Positions 18,842 to 27,147 of a DNA stretch of 64,000 nucleotides are shown in pieces. The stretch lies in UHGV virus genome UHGV-1455077, one strand, 5' to 3'. Both the position numbers and the translations under genes were made by a program. The stretch is from a virus. Within the stretch, counting starts at the first letter, position 1; each line of letters opens with the position of its first letter. Below the pieces are notes generated by a model. It was not told the DNA's origin. It ran no database searches and was given only the letters and a program-made list of their open reading frames with translations.

Positions 18842-18921
18842 TCTCTGGTAGCTAAACTGGTTGTAGCGGCGGTCTTATAAACCGTGTCTTTATGTGAGTT
18901 CAAGTCTCATCCAGAGAACCA
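18842..18921 (+). tRNA. tRNA with anticodon TAT (Ile, reads AUA)
   Basis: Acceptor TCTCTGG/CCAGAGA; D GCTA/TAGC; anticodon stem GCGGT/ACCGT; loop CTTATAA; T-arm GTGAG-TTCAAGT-CTCAT; A73 then CCA. Confidence 0.6.
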
Positions 18922-19319
18922 TTTTAAAAAATTTTTCAGAAATATATAAAATGGAACAAATGCTAGATAGTTCAATTCTATCAATCTTGTTAAAGATAAA
19001 GGACGGTATTTGAAAAGGTTTGAAGCCCATTATATTACTGAAATTTGGTTCAGACAATATCCATACAGCCGTATAACGTGTGGTGAGCCAATTAATTTAT
19101 GGGTCGCTCCCAATTAACGAATGGGTCTGATGACTTTTATAATTTTTCAATAAGAAAAAGTGTTGCAACAACCATTGATATAAAATCGTTTGCTAACAAG
19201 TTCGTGTATATCATATATGGTTAATAATGTTAGAGGAATAATTTGATATTTTGACTATGTAGAAAATATCCGATAGATTGGATAATCTTCATAAATCATT
19301 CGTTAAGTGATTATTTTAA

Positions 19320-19394
19320 TGCGGAATAGAGCAGAGGTAGCTTAACTGGCTCATAACCAGGAGGTCGGGCGGTTCGAATCCCCCTTCCGCAACA
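19320..19394 (+). tRNA. tRNA-Met (CAT), elongator-like; 3' end reads ACA rather than CCA
   Basis: Acceptor TGCGGAA/TTCCGCA (1:72 paired); D GAGC/GCTT; loop CTCATAA; body similar to bacterial Met tRNAs. Confidence 0.65.
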
Positions 19395-19497
19395 TCTAAC
19401 AAAAGCAAAACCTTTACGTGGTGTTAGATATAAGTAATTCGATTTGAATGAAACCAATTTGCTTAATTATTGAAAAATAGATATTTAAGGTTCAATA

Positions 19498-20163
19498 ATG
19501 TATTACCTAATTTATAAAATAACTAATAATGTAAATAATAAAATCTATATTGGAAAACATCAAACGGAAAATAAAGATGATGATTATATGGGTTCTGGAA
19601 AAATAATAAAAAGAGCTATTGAAAAATATGGTATAGATAAATTTACAAAAGAAATATTATATGAATGTAATTCATTAGAAGAAATGAATGAAAAAGAAGC
19701 AGAAATTGTTGATGAAGAATTTGTTGTTCGTTTAGATACATATAATATTAAATTAGGTGGTCAAGGTGGATGGGATTATGTCCATAAATATACTGATTGG
19801 AATGGATTTAAATATATAAATTCACAAAAGTTAAATAATAAATCGAATCAGTATAAAATATCTGCTGAAAAACTTAAAAATGATGAAAAATATGCAAAAG
19901 AATTTTCTTTAAAAATTTCTAATGGATTAAAATTATATTACCAATTACATAATAATCCATTTAAAGGGAAAAAACATACAATTGAATCAAAAATAAAAAT
20001 TGGTAAAGCAAATGCTATTAAACAAGCTGGTGAAGGAAATTCCAATTATGGAAAATGTTGGATTTATAATGAAGAATTAAAAGAAAATAAATCTATTAAA
20101 AAAGAAAATTTACAATCTTGGTTAGAGAAAGGTTGGAAAAAAGGGAGAAAAATGAAATTTTAA
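19498..20163 (+). CDS. GIY-YIG homing endonuclease
   Basis: N-terminus YYLIYKITNNVNNKIYIGKH...YMGSG matches the GIY-YIG motif. Embedded in the tRNA cluster. Confidence 0.8.
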   Translation: MYYLIYKITNNVNNKIYIGKHQTENKDDDYMGSGKIIKRAIEKYGIDKFTKEILYECNSLEEMNEKEAEIVDEEFVVRLDTYNIKLGGQGGWDYVHKYTDWNGFKYINSQKLNNKSNQYKISAEKLKNDEKYAKEFSLKISNGLKLYYQLHNNPFKGKKHTIESKIKIGKANAIKQAGEGNSNYGKCWIYNEELKENKSIKKENLQSWLEKGWKKGRKMKF

Positions 20164-20294
20164 ATTATTTATATAATTTAATTTTTTACTGGTAGGTACG
20201 AAGATAGCTCAAATACCTCGTTAAACTAAATAGTCGTGCTATCCGCAAACCTTTAGGAAGTAAATGGCGTTATAAGTAACTTCCTGTTTATAAT

Positions 20295-20369
20295 GGCAAT
20301 GTAGTGAAAAGGTTATCACGACTGACTCATATTCAGTAATTTCAAGTTCGATTCTTGACATTGCTACCA
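20295..20369 (+). tRNA. tRNA with anticodon CAT (Met, or Ile2 if lysidinylated)
   Basis: Acceptor GGCAATG/CATTGCT (G1.U72); D GTGA/TCAC; anticodon stem ACTGA/TCAGT; loop CTCATAT; T-arm TCAAG-TTCGATT-CTTGA; A73 then CCA. Confidence 0.65.
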
Positions 20370-20399
20370 TTCATTATTAACTTGTGGGATATTAATTTA

Positions 20400-21563
20400 A
20401 TGACAAATTACATTATAAATAATAATATCGTCAGAATTTTTGGCGAAGATGAAATCAATATTAAACCAGAAATTCCATTAGGAACATATTTGGTTAAAGA
20501 AAATGAATTAACAGGTGAATTGTTTTTAGAAAGAACAGCAGATTTTGTAAAGCCTGAAAAAATATATGGAGAATGTGAATTCCAATCTGAACGAATTATT
20601 AAAACATTTAAAGACAGACCTAATAATACTGGAGTTCTTTTAAATGGTGCAAAAGGTTCAGGAAAAACATTTTTAACTAAGTATATTTCCTATAAGCTTT
20701 TAAAAGATAATTATCCAACAATAATTATTAATGATATATTTAGTCCAACAAAGTTATCTTTATTAATTCAAACAATTAGTGAACCTTGTGTCATTATTTT
20801 TGATGAATTTGAAAAAATTTATCAATCAAATAAAAAAGATGATTTGCAAAACCCACAGAATGGTTTACTTTCATTGCTTGATGGTTTATTTCAAACTAAA
20901 AAGCTATTCATCTTTACTTGTAATGATGATAGTAATATTTCAGATTTGATGAAGAATAGACCTGGTAGAATTTTTTATAAATTGGAATTTAAAGGAATTA
21001 CTGAAAAAACAATTGAAGAATATTGTGAAGAAAAATTAAATAATAAATCATATATTTCTCAAATTTTTAGTATTCGTAAAATGATTAAAGATTTTACCTT
21101 TGATATTTTACAAGCAATTGTTGAAGAAGTTAATCGTTATAATGAAACTCCTTTAGATGTTGTTAAAATGCTTAATGTAACTCCAGAATCTTTATATGCA
21201 AAATATACTGTATCAATTAAGCCATTAAAGAATCAACAAATTGTAAAATTTGAAAAATCTTTATGGGTAAATCCATTATCTTCAGAAGAAGAATCAGTAT
21301 GGATTTATAGAACTAAAACATCAAATGCAGATGATAATAAATATGTTGTTGAAGACGAGGATATTAAAATTTGTGAGCTTAGTTGTGAAACTGATGATGA
21401 TGAAGATAATAATGTTAAAACAGTTACTGATTATTTTCCAGTATCATTGCTTACAATGGTATCATCTAACAAAAATACTTATGTGTATCAGAATGAAGAA
21501 TATCAGGTTACTTTAACTAAAAAGATTATTGATACTGATGATATGTGGAAGTATGCATTTTAA
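20400..21563 (+). CDS. AAA+ family ATPase (start moved to MTNYIINN; the track start at 20355 overlaps the tRNA)
   Basis: Walker A GAKGSGKT and Walker B IIFDEFE. Confidence 0.7.
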   Translation: MTNYIINNNIVRIFGEDEINIKPEIPLGTYLVKENELTGELFLERTADFVKPEKIYGECEFQSERIIKTFKDRPNNTGVLLNGAKGSGKTFLTKYISYKLLKDNYPTIIINDIFSPTKLSLLIQTISEPCVIIFDEFEKIYQSNKKDDLQNPQNGLLSLLDGLFQTKKLFIFTCNDDSNISDLMKNRPGRIFYKLEFKGITEKTIEEYCEEKLNNKSYISQIFSIRKMIKDFTFDILQAIVEEVNRYNETPLDVVKMLNVTPESLYAKYTVSIKPLKNQQIVKFEKSLWVNPLSSEEESVWIYRTKTSNADDNKYVVEDEDIKICELSCETDDDEDNNVKTVTDYFPVSLLTMVSSNKNTYVYQNEEYQVTLTKKIIDTDDMWKYAF

Positions 21564-21859
21564 AAAATTATTGACATATAAAAAATATTATGTTAATTGT
21601 TATAACAAAAGGGAAAATAAAAAACGCCCCTCTGTTAGAAATATATGAGTAGAAATAACAAGTCGTTAAGAAGATTCGCCTTATCTAACAAGGTTAAAGA
21701 GTTTTTTCCTAAAGATGATTTAGGTTTGATGATAAATCAGTAAAAAATATATTGACATATGTTAATTATTATGATATATTTAATTATATTTTAATTTTAA
21801 GTAATATATTAAAATCATTTAATAATTGGTTGGCAAGACCAATAGGATGCCTTTTTAAG

Positions 21860-22330
21860 GCAATGAAAGTAAAATCTTTCTTTTAATATATGAAGATAAA
21901 TTATGTCGTGAATGATTTAGTCGGAGAGATAAGCGACTAAGATAAAATAAAAAAATCTCAAATTCCATAGACGTATGGACGGCATAATAAATTAAATTGT
22001 TGTAACTCAAACAATGGGTAGCCTGCCCATAAGAGTATGCTGGATAATCTGAAAAGATTTGAAGGTAGTTGTGAGTAATACGAATCATAAGGTTGAAATA
22101 GCCACGGTTGGCTAACCGTGAGTGACGTAAGAACCAGACAAATCGTACAGATGAATAGGTCTGATGGCTGTATCTGGTTGGGAGTAGTCATTCTCCCCAT
22201 CCATTAAGCAAAGGAGTAATTAACCTTTGTGGGTGTGACTGAATAATGTGTCGTATGAGGGGCTTGTTGGTAGTCAGGAGTCCAACCAATAATTTAATTT
22301 TAACAGTTTGTGGCAGTCGTTCTGTTTAAA
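21860..22330 (+). ncRNA. GC-elevated structured noncoding region, candidate large ncRNA or ribozyme
   Basis: About 450 nt with no credible ORF and locally GC-rich paired segments (gggtagcctgccc..., ccacggttggctaaccgtg..., gggagtagtcattctcccc). Follows two TTGACA promoters at 21571 and 21752. Confidence 0.3.
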
Positions 22331-22353
22331 AACTCTGCCTTTTTAAACAAACA

Positions 22354-22455
22354 GATAGTGATTATTAGATTTACATAGTTCGATTCTATATTTTTTCATA
22401 TAAAAAGGAAAAATGCCAAAAGGGTGGCGTTTACAATCTAATGAATTTTCTTCTG
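22354..22455 (+). ncRNA. structured RNA unit B (ATAGTGA leader, reduced core with T-loop)
   Basis: gatagtgattattagatttacatag + TTCGATT ...; closing stem ATTAGATT/AATCTAAT. Confidence 0.45.
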
Positions 22456-22472
22456 TTTATTTAAAAATTTTC

Positions 22473-22545
22473 GATAGTGAGTATAAGATTTACATAGACC
22501 AGACTTTTAATCTGACATTTACAAAATCTTATAGATTGTTCTTCG
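22473..22545 (+). ncRNA. structured RNA unit C
   Basis: gatagtgagtataagatttacatag + hairpin CAGA-CTTTTAA-TCTG; closing stem TATAAGATT/AATCTTATA. Confidence 0.45.
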
Positions 22546-22564
22546 AATTAATACTTTTTTGTGA

Positions 22565-22662
22565 ATAGTGAGATATTAGGTTTACATAGCTAAAGTGGTT
22601 AAAGCATTTGACTTGAAATCAAAGTATTGTAGGTTCGATTCCTACTGTAATTTTAACTTAAT
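22565..22662 (+). ncRNA. structured RNA unit D, containing a complete class-I tRNA-like fold with anticodon TGA (22580-22653)
   Basis: Leader aatagtgagatattaggtttacatag. tRNA-like: acceptor GTTTACA/TGTAATT (one U-U), D GCTA/AAGC, anticodon stem TTTGA/TCAAA, loop CTTGAAA, T-arm GTAGG-TTCGATT-CCTAC. Closing stem TATTAGG/CTTAATA. Confidence 0.5.
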
Positions 22663-22727
22663 AAAATGTTCTTTCACAAATTTAATTATTTGACACTTTA
22701 TTATAAATGTTATATAAATAATAATAT

Positions 22728-22813
22728 GGAAGGTAACTGGCTGGATGAAGACACCGACTTGAAATCGGCTGGGCGTAACTGCTTTGGGGGTTCGAGTCCC
22801 TCACCTTCCGCCA
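22728..22813 (+). tRNA. tRNA-Ser (TGA), type II
   Basis: Acceptor GGAAGGT/ACCTTCC; loop CTTGAAA; long variable arm; T-arm GGGGG-TTCGAGT-CCCTC; G73 then CCA. Confidence 0.7.
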
Positions 22814-22820
22814 TTTTTAT

Positions 22821-23514
22821 TTGGTATTGTGGGATATGATAAAAGTAAGTAGAAAAGAATACGAAAATAATCCAGAAAAATATATTATATATTGTACAAA
22901 ATGTAAAAAACCAATAATATTTAAAGATTATAGACATTATTGTGATAGAGTTAATAAAATTAATATTAGACATCATCAACCATTTTGTTCAAAAGAATGC
23001 TCATATGAATATCATAGATTATTTACAAATAAAGGAATTTGTGATTTTTGTGGTAAAGAGTTTATTAGACAAAATGTTTATGGGGATAAAAGACAAAAAC
23101 ATACATTTTGTTCACAAAAATGTTCTGCAAAATATTTTAATAGTCATAAAAAATTTGGTTATAGAAAATCAAAAGCTGAAGAATATATTGTAAGTCAATT
23201 AAAAAAAAGATTATCCGTATTTAAATATTAAAGAAAATGATGTATCAACAATAGGTAAAGAACTTGATATTTATTTACCAGATTTAAATTTAGCATTTGA
23301 AATTAATGGTATAGTTCATTATAAACCTATATATGGAAAAGAAAAGTTAAATAAAATACAAAATAATGATTTTTTTAAAAAAGAATTATGTGAAAGTAAA
23401 AATATTTTATTGACAATAATTAATATAAGTGATATAAAAGTATTTAAAGAGAATTTAATTATAAATAAATATAATTACATTAAAGAAATTATAAGTAATA
23501 CAATGCCACGATAG
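22821..23514 (+). pseudogene. frameshifted homing-endonuclease-like gene: Zn-ribbon N-terminal ORF (22821..23231) plus endonuclease-like continuation in another frame (~23233..23514)
   Basis: N-terminal ORF has CxxC pairs (CTKCKK, CSKECSYEYH, CDFCGKEF, CSQKCS). The downstream frame encodes KELDIYLPDLNLAFEINGIVHYKP..., a Vsr/DUF559-type endonuclease core motif, with no ATG of its own. Confidence 0.5.
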
Positions 23515-23580
23515 CTCAACTGGCAGAGCAACCGATTTGTAATCGGTAGGTTGGGGATTCGACTTCCTCTCGTGGCACCA
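23505..23580 (+). tRNA. tRNA-Thr (TGT)
   Basis: Acceptor GCCACGA/TCGTGGC; D GCTC/GAGC; anticodon stem ACCGA/TCGGT; loop TTTGTAA; T-arm GGGGA-TTCGACT-TCCTC; A73 then CCA. Confidence 0.8.
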
Positions 23581-23711
23581 GATTTTAATAAGCTCCCCCG
23601 CTAAAGATACTTTGTGTATACAGCGAATATGGGTCAAAGTTTAAACTTTGCATTAAATTATAATAATTGTACAATAAAAAATTATGTGAGCATTTTTTAA
23701 TTTTGTATGGT

Positions 23712-23790
23712 AATAGTGACTTAAAGAATTACATAGATAACTGATTATTGTCTGCCAAAACAAGAAATTCTTTAAAATTATTCTTTACCA
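23712..23790 (+). ncRNA. structured RNA unit E
   Basis: taatagtgacttaaagaattacatag...; closing stem TTAAAGAATT/AATTCTTTAA (10 bp). Confidence 0.45.
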
Positions 23791-23805
23791 TTTAAACTAT
23801 TTTAG

Positions 23806-23945
23806 CAATAGTGAGAAAAGGATTTACATAGGTTTGTAACCCGTTGGTAATTGGTTCGAATCCAATCAAGTAATTGAAATATATTATTTGTAGCTCATTG
23901 GTAGAGCAACGATAAAAAATAATCCTTTATTATGTTCTTTGCTAA
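23806..23945 (+). ncRNA. structured tRNA-like RNA unit F (permuted, same architecture as unit A)
   Basis: Leader caatagtgagaaaaggatttacatag; T-arm ATTGG-TTCGAAT-CCAAT; acceptor 3' CAAGTAA. A few nt downstream, acceptor 5' TTATTTG (7/7 complementary) and D-arm GCTC-ATTGGTA-GAGC. Closing stem AAAGGATT/AATCCTTT. Confidence 0.55.
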
Positions 23946-23953
23946 CAAATATT

Positions 23954-24062
23954 TGGTGATAGTGATTAATTAGGTTTACATAGCTTAATGGTTAGAGCAT
24001 TGATTTAACACATCAAACGTTACAGGTTCAACTCCTGTTGTAATTAATACCTAATTTACTAT
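23954..24062 (+). ncRNA. structured RNA unit G, containing a complete class-I tRNA-like fold (23974-24046) with anticodon loop TTAACAC
   Basis: Leader tgatagtgattaattaggtttacatag; acceptor GTTTACA/TGTAATT; D GCTT/GAGC; anticodon stem TTGAT/ATCAA; T-arm ACAGG-TTCAACT-CCTGT; closing stem TAATTAGG/CCTAATT. Confidence 0.5.
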
Positions 24063-24082
24063 TCTTCACCAGTTCAATTTTG

Positions 24083-24115
24083 CACCCAAGAACATATGTT
24101 CTTGGGTATTTTTTT
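24083..24115 (+). terminator. rho-independent terminator closing the tRNA/ncRNA island
   Basis: cacccaagaacatatgttcttgggtattttttt. Confidence 0.8.
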
Positions 24116-24125
24116 ATATAAGTTA

Positions 24126-24155
24126 TTGACAAATCATCTATAAATGAAGTATATT
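24126..24155 (+). promoter_or_regulatory. sigma70-like promoter
   Basis: ttgacaaatcatctataaatgaagtatatt. Confidence 0.5.
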
Positions 24156-24181
24156 AATAAAAAACGTAAAAAGAGGTAAAA

Positions 24182-24481
24182 ATGAGCTATATTACAAATG
24201 AAGATGAACATCAACATATGACATTGTTTGTCTATTTTCCTTGTTCATTAGGTTATGAATGTGCAAAAATTATATTGCAACCTGGTGAGAAATTTTTTGC
24301 TAATGATGATGAAATTATTATGAAAATAGATAATAATAAAAATCCATTAAATAAAGATTTTGTAGGAATTAAAAACGGTGTTTTATATGCTGTTGGTCAA
24401 GAAATATATAAATTAGGAATGTTTAGAGAAAAACCTAAACAAATGACATTTGCCACGACAATGTTTAAATATACAGAATAA
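24182..24481 (+). CDS. hypothetical protein
   Basis: 99-aa ORF with RBS aagaggtaaaaATG. Confidence 0.45.
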   Translation: MSYITNEDEHQHMTLFVYFPCSLGYECAKIILQPGEKFFANDDEIIMKIDNNKNPLNKDFVGIKNGVLYAVGQEIYKLGMFREKPKQMTFATTMFKYTE

Positions 24482-24505
24482 ATTAATTATAAGGATTAAT
24501 AAATT

Positions 24506-24688
24506 ATGGATTATAATGAAGAATGGACTTTAGCTGATATTGATAATAATCACGATACACAGATGCTCAATGAATATTTTTCACAAAAAAGTATTAAAGA
24601 AAGAATATTAGAAAATAAAGAAAAATATCGTGCAGAACAAATACTTAAAACTAAAATGATTAAAGAAAATTTAGGTCAAAAAAGATAA
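24506..24688 (+). CDS. hypothetical protein
   Basis: 60-aa ORF. Confidence 0.35.
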   Translation: MDYNEEWTLADIDNNHDTQMLNEYFSQKSIKERILENKEKYRAEQILKTKMIKENLGQKR

Positions 24689-24760
24689 AAAAAGTAGTTG
24701 ACTAATAAAACTAAAAATGTTATAAAAACAATGTAAAATTAACTTATGGAGTGTTGAAAA

Positions 24761-26047
24761 ATGAAAACAAATAAAGCTGAAAAGAAACCAGCAATTTACA
24801 CTAATGAAGGTGGTAAAGCATCTCATATTAGTGATTTAGAAGAATTGAAAAGAGCAACAATGTCTTGTTTGCTTTGGGAAGATAACTTCTATGAAGATGG
24901 TGTATCAATTGCTGACAGAATTACCTCTTTAGTTAAAAATTGTATTGATAAAGGTCATTATGATGATGTAATTGATATTTTGAAAACTGTAAAATTTGAT
25001 ATGAGATTACGTCATTGTCCATTGTGGATGATTGTTGCAATTTATAAAGCAGGTAAAACTATTGATAAGAATGTTATTGCATCTATTCTTACAAGACCAG
25101 ATGATATGGGAGAATTACTTTCTCTTTATCGTAAAGACCAAGCAAATGCACCTATTCCAAATGCTATGAAAAAAGCTATGGCTATTGCCATTACTAAATT
25201 TGATGAATATCAATTGGCTAAATGGAATCGTGATGCTAATTACAAATTGGTTGATATTGTAAACATTTGTCATCCACAAGTAACTGAAGCTATTGATAAG
25301 TTGGTTAAAGGAACTTTAGAAACTCCAAAAACTTGGGAAGTTCTTCTTTCTGCCGCTGGTTCTGATAAAGAAAAGAAAAAAGAAGCTTGGTTGGATTTGA
25401 TTGAAACTAATAAATTACCTGATATGGCTCTTTTGAAGAATATTCGTGGTATGTTGGATGTAGGTGTTTCTAAAAACACATTGGTTGACCGTATTAATAA
25501 TATTAAAAATGGTAGATTATTGCCAATTGATTATATTAGAGCGGCAAATACAAATCCATCATTGGAAAATGAAATTGAAAAGAAATTCTTAAATTGCTTT
25601 GAAAAACCTTCTTTGAATGGTAAGACTGCAATTTTAGTAGATGTGTCAGGTTCTATGGATGGAGAAAGATTAAATTATGCAAATGCATTAGCGATGATTG
25701 GTCGTGAAATGTGTGAAAATGTTGATATTTACTCATTCTCTAATGAAGTCAAATTCATTCCAAATCGTAGAGGATTTGCTTTAGCAGAAGCTATTGATAA
25801 ATCACAATACCATAATGGAACTTATATGTGGGATGCTATTAGTACAGTTGAAAAAGCTCATTACGATAGATTAATTGTTATTACTGATGAGCAAACAATG
25901 GGTATGCCACACAACGCAGTTATTAAAAATGCATACATTATTAATGTTGCACCATATAATAAAGGTGTTGGTTACAATAATGGTTACAAACATATTAATG
26001 GTTTTTCAGATAAAGTATTTAATTATATTACTGAAATTGAAAAATAA
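24761..26047 (+). CDS. rsr: Ro60/Rsr-like protein (TROVE-like N-terminal region plus C-terminal vWA domain with MIDAS)
   Basis: N-terminal LKRATMSCLLWEDNFYEDG resembles the Ro60 LHRFLCFGSEGGTYY region. C-terminal AILVDVSGSMDG (DxSxS MIDAS) and a vWA-like fold. Size (428 aa) is appropriate. Confidence 0.6.
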   Translation: MKTNKAEKKPAIYTNEGGKASHISDLEELKRATMSCLLWEDNFYEDGVSIADRITSLVKNCIDKGHYDDVIDILKTVKFDMRLRHCPLWMIVAIYKAGKTIDKNVIASILTRPDDMGELLSLYRKDQANAPIPNAMKKAMAIAITKFDEYQLAKWNRDANYKLVDIVNICHPQVTEAIDKLVKGTLETPKTWEVLLSAAGSDKEKKKEAWLDLIETNKLPDMALLKNIRGMLDVGVSKNTLVDRINNIKNGRLLPIDYIRAANTNPSLENEIEKKFLNCFEKPSLNGKTAILVDVSGSMDGERLNYANALAMIGREMCENVDIYSFSNEVKFIPNRRGFALAEAIDKSQYHNGTYMWDAISTVEKAHYDRLIVITDEQTMGMPHNAVIKNAYIINVAPYNKGVGYNNGYKHINGFSDKVFNYITEIEK

Positions 26048-26084
26048 TTAAATAAATATAATAAACAAACCCGATAGGCTTCTT

Positions 26085-26160
26085 ATTTAATGAGTAGTAT
26101 GGGTATATTGGTTAAAGTTAGACTTGCCCCCCTCTGCTACTCACATCAATAAATGCTTCT
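26085..26160 (+). ncRNA. candidate Y-RNA-like stem-loop immediately downstream of the Ro60-like gene
   Basis: GAGTAG-TAT-GGGTA...TGCCC-CCCTCTG-CTACTC: two helices separated by an asymmetric internal loop. The next 240 nt are noncoding. Confidence 0.35.
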
Positions 26161-26404
26161 CGTTAGTCCACGAAGATTAACCGCCTAGATATTGATGAGT
26201 TTAAATACAGCACAATTATCTTTCTGGAATTGACCAGATAAGTTTATTAATATTCCTAGGTTCAATTAATAAATGGGTAGATTTATTTTTAACTTAATAA
26301 ATTCCAATCAAAAAATTTAATTATAAGTATTAAAATATAAGTTGGAGTTTAGTGTTAATTAATTTAACAAGAAGGATTGATTTCTTTCTTGTTAAATTAT
26401 TTTT

Positions 26405-26641
26405 GTGAAAAAGGATATGAAAATGTTAAATTTGAAAAGTATTTTAAATGATAATATGAGAGTTAAATTTGATTTTTATCGTGATGGTGCTTTATGGTAT
26501 TCAACAATGAATGGGTTTCAATTTCCTGTTCCTGTGAGAACTTTAGCCGCAACATCAATATTAAAAGCTAATGATAAAGCAACAGCATTCAGTTATTATA
26601 TTAAAAAATACTATAATGAATTAAATAAAAATAAGGAATAA
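26405..26641 (+). CDS. hypothetical protein
   Basis: 78-aa ORF. Confidence 0.4.
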   Translation: MKKDMKMLNLKSILNDNMRVKFDFYRDGALWYSTMNGFQFPVPVRTLAATSILKANDKATAFSYYIKKYYNELNKNKE

Positions 26642-26646
26642 TTTTT

Positions 26647-27066
26647 ATGAAAATGCAATTTTATGTTAGTACAAAAGAAATAAGTGAAAATAATTATTTG
26701 TATGGTGTAATGTCAATGATTAATGATGAACCATTTGATTTTATTGTTGGTCAAATGAATGGAGAAAAGGATGATATTATTAATTTAATATCTAAAAATA
26801 CATTGATAAAAAATAAAACAGTATTGAAAAATAATTATTATACTTTTAAATATGAGGATTTATATACAACAAAAAAAATGTTATCAAAATTTCATACAGA
26901 TGATTTTTATAAATCATATTCAAAAGAACAGCAAACTGATTTAGATGCTTTGCCAGCATTATTTCTTTCGGATACAACAAAAATGATGCCATTAAATAAA
27001 AAGATGAATAATTATAAACAAATGCTTCAATATTATCAGATAACAAAAGAAAAAAATCGGAAATAA
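26647..27066 (+). CDS. hypothetical protein
   Basis: 139-aa ORF followed by a terminator. Confidence 0.45.
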   Translation: MKMQFYVSTKEISENNYLYGVMSMINDEPFDFIVGQMNGEKDDIINLISKNTLIKNKTVLKNNYYTFKYEDLYTTKKMLSKFHTDDFYKSYSKEQQTDLDALPALFLSDTTKMMPLNKKMNNYKQMLQYYQITKEKNRK

Positions 27067-27083
27067 AAAATCCGATTTTTTTC
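27053..27083 (+). terminator. rho-independent terminator
   Basis: aaaatcggaaataaaaaatccgatttttttc, followed directly by promoter ttcttgacag. Confidence 0.75.
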
Positions 27084-27085
27084 TT

Positions 27086-27147
27086 GACAGTTAATTTTTT
27101 TATGTTATATTGACCTTATCTTAAACAATTAAAGGAATATAACAATG
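27086..27147 (+). promoter_or_regulatory. sigma70-like promoter plus leader, related to the 9543/29536 repeat
   Basis: ttgacagttaatttttttatgttatattgaccttatcttaaacaattaaaggaatataacaATG. Confidence 0.5.
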
